DNA from: Squalus acanthias
Taxonomy: Eukaryota
DNA: 64,000 nucleotides
Reading direction: 5' to 3'
Assembly (NCBI GenBank): GCA_030390025.1
Contig: CM059433.1
Coordinates: 2,232,001-2,296,000 of the forward strand
Shown: positions 45,464 to 58,560 of the stretch, piece by piece
How positions within the stretch are numbered: position 1 is the stretch's first letter
How the letters are laid out: every line of letters begins with the position of its first letter
Made by a program: the position numbers and the translations under genes
Notes under the pieces: model-generated
What the model was told of the DNA's origin: nothing
Database searches by the model: none
Seen by the model: the letters and a program-made list of their open reading frames with translations, nothing else

Positions 45464-48260
45464 GGGCCTAAATTCAACATTGATGCGCCCATTTCACGGG
45501 TGTAAAACAGGGGCAACCGTGACAGATTTAGCAGTGGGAAGACCCCGTGCCCAATTTGGTCATGTGCCCGGGACACTGCCAAATCTGGCAGGGCATTTTT
45601 AAGCCGCTATATTTTACATATTGCAATAAGGCTCCTCCAGAGAGAACGATTCCTCGGGAACGCAGGTGGGGGGGGGTGGGAAAATCGCGCATGGTAATGC
45701 TCTCATGTTGTATATGGCAGAAATCCTGGAAGACGATCTGGGGAATGCAGAGGCTAGTGGGCTGGGAGTTGTGGGCTGCAACGTGGGGACATTGTGAGAG
45801 GACAGACATGGCTGAGAGTGGAGGTAGGGCAAGTGGGGTAGAAATGGTCAAGGGAAAACCTCAGCTGAGGAAAAGTGTCATGCCTATCTCCCACTTCACC
45901 AACCCACCACCCACCACCCCCCCCGCCACCCCCAACCCCCTCCCAGCTTTAGAGGTTTTTAAGTAAAACCTAGCAGATTGACTTGACGAATTGACAGACA
46001 CTCACAGATTTGAGACAACAGTCTGCGCGGCTGCCATTTGCACAAGCTGTAAAGGCTATGAAGATTGACTCCTGTTGTGAGGGCCGGGCTGCAGTGTCCC
46101 TGGAGGTGGCCACACTCTCCAAGGTAGACTGCAGGGTGCTGATGGCCAGACTCTCCAAGGTAGACTGCAGAGTGCTTATGGCCACACTCTCCAAGGTGGA
46201 CTGCAGGGTGCTGATGGCCACACTCTCCAAGGTAGACTGCAGAGTGCTGATGGCCAGACTCTCCAAGGTAGACTGCAGAGTGCTGATGGCCACACTCTCC
46301 AAGGTAGACTGCAGAGTGCTGATGGCCAGACTCTCCAAGGTAGACTGCAGAGTGCTGATGGCCAGACTCTCCAAGGTAGACTGCAGAGTGCTGATGGCCA
46401 CACTCTCCAAGGTAGACTGCAGAGTGCTGATGGCCACACTCTCCAAGGTAGACTGCAGAGTGCTGATGGCCAGACTCTCCAAGGTAGACTGCAGAGTGAT
46501 GATGGCCAGACTCTCCAAGGTAGACTTCAGAGTGCTGATGGCCAGACTCTCCAAGGTAGACTGCAGAGTGCTGATGGCCACACTCTCCAAGGTAGACTGC
46601 AGAGTGCTGATGGCCACACTCTCCAAGGTAGACTGCAGAGTGCTGATGGCCAAACTCTCCAAGGTAGACTGCAGAGTGCTGATGGCCACACTCTCCAAGG
46701 TAGACTGCAGAGTGCTGATGGCCAGACTCTCCAAGGTAGACTGCAGAGTGCTGATGGCCACACTCTCCAAGGTAGACTGCAGAGTGCTGATGGCCAGACT
46801 CTCCAAGGTAGACTGCAGAGTGCTGATGGCCAGACTCTCCAAGGTAGACTGCAGAGTGCTGATGGCCAGACTCTCCAAGGTAGACTGCAGAGTGCTGATG
46901 GCCAGACTCTCCAAGGTAGACTGCAGAGTGCTGATGGCCAGACTCTCCAAGGTAGACTGCAGGGTGCTGATGGCCACACTCTCCAAGGTAGACTGCAGAG
47001 TGCTGATGGCCAGACTCTCCAAGGTAGACTGCAGAGTGCTGATGGCCAGACTCTCCAAGGTAGACTGCAGAGTGCTGATGGCCAGACTCTCCAAGGTAGA
47101 CTGCAGGGTGCTGATGGTCACACTCTCCAAGGTAGACTGCAGAGTGCTGGTGGCCACTCTCTCCAAGGTAGATTGCAGAGTGCTGATGGCCACACTCTCC
47201 AAGGTAGACTGCAGAGTGCTGATGGCCAGACTCTCCAAGGTAGACTTCAGAGTGCTGATGGTCACACTCTCCAAGGTAGACTGCAGGGTGCTGATGCTCT
47301 GGATGATGACTCCACCCAGGCTGGAAACGGACTCCTCCAGACTTTCAGCCACGATGGTGGAAGTCCTTGTCGGGCCTTCTAATACCTGCTTGTCTGAAGC
47401 AAGCAGTTTTCTTCTCATTGCTGGGCCCCTGGAGTTCACATCTCTGTCCTGCTCAGCAGAGGTGGGAGAAGACCTTGTCCTCTGGCCAACCCTCTCCTGG
47501 CTGTCCCCGCCATCAGGACCTGCTGCTTCTCACTAGTGCTGGCTATTTCACCACGGGCAGACCCCTCCAACTCGCTTTCTATTCCAGTCAGGGTGTCAAT
47601 CCCTCTGTTGGTGTTTGGGAGTGAGGAAGCGCTTGACGTTGCCTCTTCAGAAGGACTCTCCTCCTCTTTTAAATGGGGAAAGGTGTTGGATGAAGCTCCT
47701 TCCAGAAGTAGTGTAGAATAAATATGATGCAAACCTCTTTCTTTGATAACATGCAGTCATCATGTCATGACGTGCACGTGAACTCTGTGCGCGTGTTTGG
47801 GGGAGGGGCGTGAAACTCTTTCCTAAAGGTATTTTCTTCCTCATTCTTAGAATCCGTTCCCCCCCCACCCTGCCGCGTACTGCACACCATCACCTGCAAT
47901 TTCTGCAGGGATTGTCCCAATCTCCAGCGGTAACTCTGGCCAGAGATTGGCGGTATCCCTGGAGAAACAGCGTCAATGGCAGCTTACACTGTCTCTGGAA
48001 GATTTCCCCTGATCTTCCACCAAAGTTGCAGCAGGAGATCAGGAAAACTCTGTTGAAATCCCAACCCCTTATCCGGCTGTGAGGGTGGGTGACCTGTTGT
48101 TCTTTTGGAGGTCATTTGGAGGTGCGCTAAAGCAGGCTCGGTCTGACCGCCCATCAATGTATGAAAGTGGTTGGCCTCCATTCACTGCCTCTCTATCACA
48201 ACATGACTGACATGAGGAACTCAGAGCATGGAAAATTACAGGCATAAAAATCTGTCCCAT
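45464..48260 (-). mobile_element. Probable decayed Harbinger element carrying a 36-bp tandem array
   Basis: Starts with GGGCCTAAATTC (TIR-like). Minus-strand ORF flank (GPAMRRKLL...ESLEESVSSL) resembles the C-terminal part of Harbinger Myb/SANT proteins. Right end uncertain. Confidence 0.45.
46108..47296. repeat. 36-bp minisatellite, about 33 copies
   Basis: GGCCA(C/G)ACTCTCCAAGGTAGACTGCAGAGTGCTGAT. Confidence 0.98.
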
Positions 48261-48685
48261 CATTGCATGGCTCAGTGCATTGGGACCACAATATGCTCTG
48301 CTATCGCTTCATGTCACTTTTGTCATTTTAAACTGGGGCATGAAAACAGATTGGAACAGTGTTTCTGTTTTTGAATGTAATTATAATTGAATATCAAACA
48401 TTAAAGTCTTAATCTGACCTACATAGATGAAATTTAGTGAATTGGTCAACAATATTAAAATGTAGACTTCCGAATGCAGACTTTGAATTACGTAGAATAT
48501 ATGGCACAGAAACAGGCCATTTGACCCAACCAGTCCATGCCGGCATTTATGCTCCATTAAGCCTCCTCCCATCCTACCTCATTTAACTCTAACAACATAT
48601 CCCTCTATTCCCCTCTTCCTCATATGCTTATCTAGCTTCCCCTTAAATGCAGCTACACTATTCGCCTCAACTAGTCCTTACTATA

Positions 48686-51600
48686 TTTTTATTAATTTAT
48701 GGGATGTGGGCATCGCTTGTGAGACCAGCATTTATTGCCCATCCCTAATTGCCCTTGAGAAGGTGGTGGTGAGTCGCCTTCTTGAACCGCTGCAGTCCGT
48801 GTGGTGAAGGTGCTGTTAGGGAGGGAGTTCCAGGATTTTGACCCAGCGACGATGAAGGATCGGCGATATATTTCCAAGTCAGGATGGTGTGTGACTCGGA
48901 GGGAACTTGCAGGTGATGGTGTTCCCATGCGCCTGCTGCCCTTGTCCTTCTAGGTGGAAGAGGTCACAGGTTTGGGAGGTGCTGCCGAAGAAGCCTTGGC
49001 GAGTTGCTGCAGTGCATCTTGTAGATGGTACACACTGCAGCCATGGTACGCCGGTGGCGGAGGGAGTGAATGTTTAAGGTAGTGGATGGGGTGTGAATCA
49101 AGTGGGCTGCTTTGTCCTGGATGGTGTCGAGCTTTTTGAGTGTTGTTGGAGCTGCACTCATCCAGGCAAGTGGAGAGAATTCCATCACACTCCTGACTTG
49201 TGCCTTGTAGATGGTGGAAAGGCTCTGGGGAATCAGGAGGTGAGAAACTCGTTGCAGAATACCTAGCCTCTGACCTGGTCTTGTAGCCACCGTATTTATG
49301 TGGCTGGTCCAGTTAAGTTTCTGGTCAATGGTGACCCCCAGGATGTTGATGGTGGGGGATTCAGCGATAGTAATGCTGTTGAATGTCAAGGGGCAGTGGT
49401 TAGGCTCTCCCTTTTTGGAGATGGTCATTGCTTGGCACTTGTTTGGGGAAAATGTTACTTGCCACTTATCAACCCAAGCCTGAATGTTGTCCAGGTCTTG
49501 CTGCATGCAGGCACGGAAAACATCGTTATCTGATGAGTTGCGAATGGAACTGAACACTTTACAATCATCAGCGAACATCCCCACTTCTGAACTTATGATG
49601 GAGGGAAGGTCGTTGATGAAGCAGCTGAAGATGGTTGGGCCTAGGACATTGCCCTGAGGAACTCCTGCAGCGATGTCCTGGGGCTGAGATGATTGGCCTC
49701 CAACAACTACAATCATCTTCCTTTGTGCTAGGTATGACTCCAGCCAGTGGAGAGTTTTCCCCCCCGATTCCCATTGACTTCAATTTTACTAGGGCTCCTT
49801 GATGCCACACTCAGTCAAATGCTGCCTTGATGTCAAGGGCAGTCACTCTCACCTCACCTCTGGAATTCAGCTCTTTTGTCCATGTTTGGACCAAGGCTCT
49901 AATGAGGTCTGGAGCTCAGTGGTCATGGTGGAACCCAAACTGGGCATCAGTGAGCAGGTTATTGGTGAGTAAGTGCCGCTTGATAGCACTGTCAATGACA
50001 CCTTCCATCACTTTGCTGATGATTTGAGAGTAGGCTGATGGGGCGGTAATTGGCCGGATTGGATTTGTCCTGCTTTTTGTGGACAGGACATACCTGGGCA
50101 GTTTTCCACATTGTCGGATAGATGCCAGTGTTGTAGCTGTACTGGAACAGCTTGGCTAGAGGTGCAACTAGTTCTGGAGCACAAATCTTCAGCACGACAG
50201 CAGGGATGCTGTCGGGGCCCATAGGCTTTGCTGTATCCAGTGTGCTCAGCCGTTTCTTGATATCACATGGAGTGAATCGAATTGGCTGAAGACTGGCTTC
50301 TATGATGGTGGGATCCTCAGAAGAAGGCTGAGATGAATCATCCACTCGGCACTTCTGGCTGAAGATGGTTGCAAACGCTTCAGCATTGTCTTTTGCACTC
50401 ACGTGCTGGGCTTCGCCGTCATTGAGGATGGGGATGTTCATGGAGCCTCCTCCTCCTGTTAGTTGTTTAATTGTCCACCACCATTCGTGACTGGATGTGG
50501 TAGGACTGCAGATCTTTGATCTGATCCGTTGGTTGTGGGTTCGTTTAGCTCTGTCTATAGCATGCTGCTTCTGCTGTTTAGCATGCATGTAGTCCCATGT
50601 TGTAGCTTCACTTAGTACCTCAGTTTAGGTACGCCTGGTGCTGCTCCTGGCATGCTCTTCTACACTCCTTATTGAACCAGGGTTGGTCCTCTGGCTTGAT
50701 GGTAATGGTAGAGTGAGGGATATGCTGGGCCATGAGGTTGCAGATTGTGGTGGAATACAATTCTGCTGCTGCTGATGGCCCACAGCGCCTCATGGATGAC
50801 TAGTTTTGAGCTGCTAGATCTGTTCTGAATCTATCCCACTTAGCACGGTGGTAGTGCCACACAACACGATGGAGGGTGTCCTCAATGTGAAGACGAGACT
50901 TTTTCTCCACAAGGACTGTGCTGTGGTCACTGTTGCTAATACTGTCATGGACAGATACATCTGCTACAGGTAGGTTGGTGAACACGAGGTCAAGTAGCTT
51001 TTTCTCTTGTGTTGGTTCTCTCCCCATCTGCCACAGGCCCAGTCTGGCAGCTATGTCCTTAAGGACTCGGTCAGTAGTGGTGCTACCGAGCCACTCTTGG
51101 TGATGGACATTGAAGTCAGGTTCCAAATACATCTGAGAATCAGGCTATATATAGAAAGGTCAGAGGAGAAGTGAAAAAGAAAATAACAGCGGCAAAGAGA
51201 GGGTATGAGAATAGAAAGGTAATCCAAAAGTCTTCTATAGGCATATAAATAGTAAAAGGGTTGTAAGAGGAGGGGTGGGGCTGATTAGGGACCAAAAAGG
51301 AGACCTATGCATGGAGGCAGAGGGTATGGCTGAGGTACTAAATGAGTACTTTGCATCTGTCTTCACCAAGGAAGAGGACGCTGCCATTGACATAGTGAAG
51401 GAGGAGGTAGTGGAGTTACTTGATGGGATAAAAATTGATAAAGAAGAGGTATTAGAAAGTCTGGCTGTACTTGAAGTAGATAAATCACCAGGAGCGGATG
51501 GGATGCATCCTAGGATGCTGAGGAAATTGAGGGAAGAAATCGCGGAGGTACTGGTCATACTATTCCAATCCTCCATAGATACGGGGGTGGTGCCAGAGGA

Positions 51601-53650
51601 CTGGAGAATTGCAAATGTTACACCATTGTTCAAAAAAGGGTGTAAAGATAAACCCAGCAACTACAGGCCAGTCAGTTTAACCTCGGTAGTGGGGAAGCTT
51701 TTAGAAACAGTAATCAGGAACAATATTAACTGTCACTTGGATAGGTGTGGATTAATTAAGGAAAGCCAGCACAGATTTGTTAAAGGCAAATCGTGTTTAA
51801 CCAACTTGATCGAGTTTTTTGATGAGGTTTGATGAGGGTAATGCGGTTGACGTAGTGTACATGGATTTCCAAAAGGCATTCGAAAAAGTGCCAGATAATT
51901 TGAAGCCCATGGAATAAAAGGGCAGTGGCAGCATGGATACAAAATTGGCTAAGTAGCAGGAAACAGAGAGTAGTGGTGAACAGTTGTTTTTCGGACTGGA
52001 GGAAGATATACAGTGGTGTTCCCCAGGGGTCGGTTCTAGGACCACTGCTTTTCTTGATATATATTAATGACTTGGACATGGGTGTACAGGGAAAAATTTC
52101 AAAATTTGCAGATGACACAAAACTTGGAAGTATAGTGAACAGTGAGCAGGAGAGTGATAGACTTCAAGAAGTCATAGACAGGCTGGTGGAATGGGTGGAC
52201 ACGTGGCAGATTAAATTTAATGCAGAAAAGTGTGAAGTGATACATTTTGGTAGAAAGAATGAGGAGAGGCAATATAAACTAAATGGTACAATCCTGAAGG
52301 GGGTGCATGAACAGAGAGACCTGGGGGTATATGTGCACAAATCGTTGAAGGTGGCAGGGCAGGTTGAGAAAGCAGTTAAAAAAGCATATGGAATCCTGGG
52401 CTTCATGAATAGAGGCATAGAGTACAAAAGTGTGGAAATTATGATGAACCTGTATAAAACACTGGTTTGGCCCCAACTGGAGTATTGCGTCCAATTCTGG
52501 GCACCACACTTTAGGAAGGATGTGAAGGCCTTAGAGAAGGTGCAGAAAAGATTTATGAGAATGATTCCAGGAATGAGGGACTTCAGTTACGTGGATAGAC
52601 TGGAGAAGCTGGGGTTGTTCTCCTTGGAGCAGGGAGGATTGAGAAGAGATTTGATAGAGGTGTTCAAAATCATGAGGGGTCTGGACAGAGTAGATAGAGA
52701 GAAAATGTACCCATTGGCGGAAGGGTCGAGAACCAGAGGACACAGATTTAAGGTGATTGGCAAAAGAACCAAAGGCGACGTAAGAAAAAACTTTTTTACA
52801 CAGCGAGTGGTTAAGATCTGGAATGCACTTCCTGAAAGGGTGGTGGAGGCAGATTCAATCGTGGGTTTCAAAAGGGAGTTGGATATGTATCTGAAGGAAA
52901 AAAATTTGCAGGGCTACGGGGAAAGGGCGGGGAAGTGGGACCAGATGAGAGTCGGCATGGACTCAACGGGCCGAATGGCCTTCTTCCGTGCTGTAACCAT
53001 TCTATAAGTCCCCCACCCAAAGTACATTCTGTGCCCTCGGTGCTTCTTCCAAGTGGTGTTCAACATGGAGGAGTACTGAGTCATCAGCTAGGTGGTAATC
53101 AGCAGGAGGTTTCCTTGCCCATGCTTGACCTGAAGCCATGAGACTTCATGGGGTCCGGAGTCAATGTTGAAGACTCCCAGGACCACTCCCTCCTGACTGT
53201 ACCACTGTGCCACCACCCCTGGTGTATCTGTCCTGCTGGTGGGACAGGACATACCCAGGGAGAGTGATGGAAGAGTCTGGGATGCTAGGGTTAGGGTTAG
53301 GGAAAGGTATGATTCTGTGAGTATGACTATGTCAGGCTGTCGCTCGACTCGTCTGCGGGGCAACTCTTCCAATTTTGACACAAGTCCTCAGATGAGGAGT
53401 CTGCAGGGTCAACTGGTCTGGGTGTACCTTTGCCGTGTCTGAATCCGGTGCTGAGGTCGATGTCGGGTAATCCATCCGGGTTTATTCTTATTTATTTTTT
53501 TCGTAGCAGATTGTTAGAACTGAGTGTCTTGCTGGGCCATTTCAGAGGGAAGTTAAGAGTCAACCACATTGCTGTGGGTCTGGAGTCACATATAGGCCAG
53601 ACCGGGTAAGGACAGCAGATTTCCTTCCCTAAAGGAGATTGGTGAAGCAG
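48686..53650 (-). mobile_element. Compact single-ORF CR1/Jockey-group (Zenon-like) LINE, about 3.1 kb without its nested CR1, degenerate
   Basis: APE (PDIVILTESYL, DFNVHH, LDLV, SDH) and RT (NYRPISLL, GVPQGNVLGP, MFADD, YKAQVRSVME). It sits inside an old CR1 3' tail (48490-48680, resuming at ~53651). Confidence 0.85.
51118..53005 (+). mobile_element. 5'-truncated CR1 LINE nested in the Zenon-like LINE
   Basis: ORFs 51275-51832 and 51925-53007. Tail GTGCTGTAACCATTCTAT. 5-bp TSD AAGTC (51113-51117 and 53006-53010). Confidence 0.93.
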
Positions 53651-55631
53651 TGTGGTAACGAGTTCCACATTCTCACCACTCGCTGGGTAAAGAAGTTTCT
53701 TCTGAATTCTGAGAACAGTTAAAAGTACATTATGCATTTTAATAATTCATTTAAATCTCCTGCCTATTTATCTCATGTGTAATAGTAATAGAAAATTCAA
53801 AGTGGGCGGATTTAGGGTGTCATTAGTTTAGCAACAGGGAATTGCCATTATGACAGAATTAACTTAGCAACAGGCCTCACATTAATCTGGCAGCAGTCCA
53901 GCTCATTGTTGTCTCTATGGCTGCAGCCTTCTTCATCACTGCTGTAAGTTCTTGCATAATAAATAGTTTCTTAGCTACGTTAATGTTCGCTGCTCCATCT
54001 AGCATCTCATCAACAGTTCCTCAACACTTCTAATCTAACTTTATGCTCATTAAACTCCAGGCCTGCTTGAGATTCACCTTCAAGAATTTGCACAATTGAG
54101 GTACAATTCTAATGGAGATGCCCCTCGCAAAAAAACTAAGAGCATTGATCAGATTCCACATCTGCATATCTAGTTACTGTAGAGTTTTCATCCCAATAAT
54201 TCTGCCATTGCCCCACCACCTGCACCATCTGAACCTCTAGACATCCTTGGCCTGCTGCTGTCTGTTTAGCTGATGTACATATACCTTGCGTAACATTTGT
54301 GCTGTGCTCGGGGTGCTGCTTGTACCAGATGGACAGGTACATTGTTTGTATGTATGATTTGTTTGGCTGACTGTTTTATATGGACAGGTGCTCCATGACA
54401 TAAAAGACTGATGCGGTAATTTGCATCCTGTTACCTGGCTTGAATGAAAACCACAAAAGAGCAACCAAGATCTAAATTACAGCTGGGGGAAGAGAGGTAA
54501 AAGGTCACTGATTAGATAATGTTGCTGGTGCTGGGCATCTTACACAACCCATTCAGCAATCCCGAATCCACGCTACTGATAGGATATCTTGAGAGATGAT
54601 GATGTAGCCAAAGACTGGAGCTTTCTGCTGTAACCTCTCCCTTTTCATTTGGTGTCTTCTTAATACCTGGACTTGTTTTAAGATAGATAAAGTTGATCAT
54701 AAACTGCTTTAGATGTTGACGGGATCTCCTAAAATGGTAAAAGCTATTTTGATGGTTACTGTTGAGCCATATTTACTGGCAATACTAGTTTGCCTCCATT
54801 AACACGGCACTGATCCGTGCCGCAGGGTGCTGGAAATCGTGGAAACACGTCAAAGGTTGCCAGGTAACAGAAACCTATGGTCCATTTATATTAGAGAATG
54901 ATTTTGTGAAGGTCTCCAGTGCTAGCTCCCAGTGTTCACCCTCCTCCCCATTTTTGATGCAGGCACTTTTTACAACAGTTGGATTGGCTTCCAAAGAACT
55001 AACTGTGCACAGTTGTTTCAAAGTCACTATTTGGCACCATTTGCTTCAGTACTGGCAGATTCCTTGATCGCTGGGAAGGTTTATAGAGCTCAGCAGTAGC
55101 AAAGCATTTTTTGCAATTTGCAAAGAGGCAGGACACCATAATCTTCAGCAGAACCATCAGGAGCAAACTGTGAATATAAATGGACTATTAGTGTCACTAT
55201 ACAAGTGGCCTCCTCTCCTTTATAAAAACTCCTGTGAATTTGATAAGCTGAATGCTCAATGCTTTGCGATTTCACTCTTGAGGTTGACTCAGTTAAAACT
55301 GGCTGGGGGAAGGAGGAAAGGGGAACTAGGTGGAACAGAATTGATGGGCGTGTAGAGTGCCACTGTAAACTGGAAGGGAAAGAGGAGAAAGAAGCAGCCA
55401 GAGTGAGCGTGAGTCATTTGTAATCTCCAGTACAGTGAGTGATGATGTAGGTTGGGCTGGAAAGAAACACGACCTGCTCGGGACACAATCTCCCAACTGT
55501 CCAACTCCCCCAAATCTTCCTTTTGTCTTCCAACCACAAATTGATACATAAATGGGACATTTGAAACAAAAGTTAAAGAGCTTTGGCAGTAGCCCAAAGG
55601 AGCTGTGTGAGAAGCCAGAAATGGACGTTGG

Positions 55632-57290
55632 GGGAGAGGAGGGTGAGCATCCCAGGAGGACAGAGTGAGCGCCCCGGGGAGTGGGGGAGGGTGAGCATCC
55701 CAGGAGGACAGAGTGAGCGCCCTAGGGAGTGGGGGAGGGTGAGGGCCCGGGGAGTGGGGGAGGGTGCGGGCCCGGGGAGTGGGGGAGGGTGAGCCCCCCG
55801 GGGAGTGGGGGAGGGTGCGGGCCCGGGGAGTGGGGGAGGGTGAGGGCCCAGGGAGTGGGGGAGGGTGAGGGCCCCGGGGAGTGGGGGAGGGTGAGCCCCC
55901 CGGGGAGTGGGGGAGGGTGAGCATCCCAGGAGGACAGAGTGAGCCCCCCGGGGAGTGGGGGAGGGTGAGCCCCCCGGGGAGTGGGGGAGGGTGAGCATCC
56001 CAGGAGGACAGAGTGAGCGCCCCAGGGAGTGGGGGAGGGTGAGGGCCCGGGGAGTGGGGGAGGGTGAGGGCCCGAGGAGTGGGGGAGGGTGAGCATCCCA
56101 GGAGGACAGAGTGAGCCCCCCGGGGAGTGGGGGAGGGTGAGCCCCCTGGGGAGTGGGGAGGGTGAGCCCCCTGGGGAGTGGGGGAGGGTGATGGCCCGGG
56201 GAGTGGGGGAGGGTGAGCCCCCCGGGGAGTGGGGGAGGGTGAGGGCCCGGGGAGTGGGGGAGGGTGAGGGCCCCGGGGAGTGGGGGAGGGTGACCATCCC
56301 AGGAGGACAGAGTGAGCCCCCCGGGGAGTGGGGGAGGGTGAGCCCCCTGGGGAGTGGGGGAGGGGGAGGGCCCGGGGAGTGGGGGAGGGTGAGCCCCCCG
56401 GGGAGTGGGGGAGGGTGCGGGCCCGGGGAGTGGGGGAGGGTGAGGGCCCAGGGAGTGGGGGAGGGTGAGCCCCCCGGGGAGTGGGGGAGGGTGAGGGCCC
56501 GGGGAGTGGGGGAGGGTGAGCCCCCCGGGGAGTGGGGGAGGGTGAGGGGCCCGGGGAGTGGGGGAGGGTGAGCCCCCCGGGGAGTGGGGGAGGGTGAGGG
56601 CCCCGGGGAGTGGGGGAGGGTGAGCCCCCCGGGGAGTGGGGGAGGGTGCGGGCCCGGGGAGTGGGGGAGGGTGAGGGCCCAGGGAGTGGGGGAGGGTGAG
56701 CCCCCCGGGGAGTGGGGGAGGGTGAGGGCCCGGGGAGTGGGGGAGGGTGAGGGCCCAGGGAGTGGGGGAGGGTGAGACCCCCGGGGAGTGGGGGAGGGTG
56801 AGCCCCCCGGGGAGTGGGGGAGGGTGAGGGCCCCGGGGAGTGGGGGAGGGTGAGGGCCCGGGGAGTGGGGGAGGGTGAGGGCCCGGGGAGTGGGGGAGGG
56901 TGAGGGCCCGGGGAGTGGGGGAGGGTGAGCCCCCCGGGGAGTGGGGGAGGGTGAGCCCCCCGGGGAGTGGGGAGGGTGAGCCCCCCGGGGAGTGGGGGAG
57001 GGTGAGGGCCCGGGGAGTGGGGGAGGGTGAGCCCCCCGGGGAGTGGGGGAGGGTGAGCCCCCCGGGGAGTGGGGGAGGGTGAGGGCCCGGGGAGTGGGGG
57101 AGGGTGAGCCCCCCGGGGAGTGGGGGAGGGTGAGCCCCCCGGGGAGGGGGGAGGGTGAGCGCCCCGGGGAGTGGGGATGGGTGAGTGGCCCGGGGGTGGG
57201 GGAGGTGGGGTGGGTGGCCCGGGGGTGGGGGAAGGGGGGTGGGTGGCCCGGGGGTGGGGGGGGGGGGTGAGTGGCCTGGGTGGATGGGGA
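55632..57290. repeat. G-rich minisatellite (~29-30 bp units plus a longer variant)
   Basis: GGGGAGTGGGGGAGGGTGAG(CCCCCC/GGCCC) repeated over about 1.6 kb. Confidence 0.97.
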
Positions 57291-57811
57291 GTGCCAGAGT
57301 GAGCGTGAGTATTCGTAGTCTCCAGTACAATGGGGGCAGGCAAAGTGTCGTCGCCACTGCTGTTCTCACACTGCACCTTGAGGGTGCTATTGTGGGCAGG
57401 ATGCTTGACGGTGATGAACCTAACCTCATACCACCCCTAACCCCGGGAGACCACCCCACCCCCGGAGCCCACCCCACCCCCGGAGCTCACCTTCTCTCCA
57501 ACTCCCGGCTTTGCTGGCTCTACACGAGACACACGCGACTCCCATCTGAAAGGCGACCGTCACGCTGCCGCTGTGGGGCCAGTGAGAGGGGACTCCCAGT
57601 CTGAGTCCGACCGTTCGGGGGGTGAGGAACCACTGGGAGTTGTGGGAGATGTGTCCCGGTACTCTGTACGATGGGGTAGGCGTCGGGCCCAGCTTGATGA
57701 TGACTGGGAGGACTTCAACAGTTCAGAAATGAGGAGTTTGTTTGGGGAGCTTCCTTGGCTCCATGAGACAGGAAGTTAAGGTCCTTGGGCAGAACATTGG
57801 GCAGGATTTGG

Positions 57812-58560
57812 TGAATCTCCATTCTTATCTATCTAATTGTAGCCACAGAATCACCTGCCATGGTTTCTCTTCCCGCTCCCACATCGTTACCTCTGGTGTC
57901 CCCCAAGGATCTATCCTTGGCCCCCTCCTATTTCTCATCTACATGTTGCCCCTTGGTGACATCATCCGAAAACACAGCATCAGTTTCCACATGTATGCTG
58001 ACGACACCCAGCTCTACCTCACTACCTCTTCTCTCGACCCCTCCACGGTCTCTAAATTGTCAGACTGCTTGTCCGACATCCAGTTCTGGATGAGCAAAAA
58101 TTTCCTCCAACTAAATATTGGGAAGACAGAAGCCATTGTCTTCGGTCCCCGCCACAAACTCCGTTCCCTAGCCACTGACTCCAGCCCTCTCCCTAACATC
58201 TGTCTGAAGCTGAACCAGACTGTTCACAACCTTGGTGTCATATTTAAACTTGAAATGAGCTTCCGACCACATATATTCACGCCATAATTAAGACCGCCTA
58301 TTTCCACCTCCGTAACATCGCCCGTCTCTGCCCCTGCCTCACCTCATCCGCTGCTGAAACCCTCATCCATGCTTTTGTTACCTCTAGACTTGACTATTCC
58401 AATGCTCTCCTGGCTGGCCCCCACGTTCTACCCTACGTAAACTTGAGGTCATCCAAAACTCAGCTGTCCGTGTCCTAACTCGCACCGAGTCCCGTTCACC
58501 TATCACCCCTGTGCTTGCTGACCTACATTGGCTCCCGGTTAAGCAGCGCCTCGATTTTAA
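57812..58560 (+). mobile_element. L2 RT fragment
   Basis: SGVPQGSILGPLLFLIYMLPLGDIIRKHSISFHMYADDTQLY, TSRLDYSNALL, LHWLPV. Confidence 0.9.

Noticed and set aside
46108..47296. 36-bp repeats as a CRISPR array
   Set aside because: Units are head-to-tail with no unique spacers, there are no cas genes, and the context is eukaryotic.
55289..57477. 695 aa and 634 aa proline-rich (extensin/collagen-like) ORFs
   Set aside because: Artefact of the G-rich tandem array; no splice or domain evidence.
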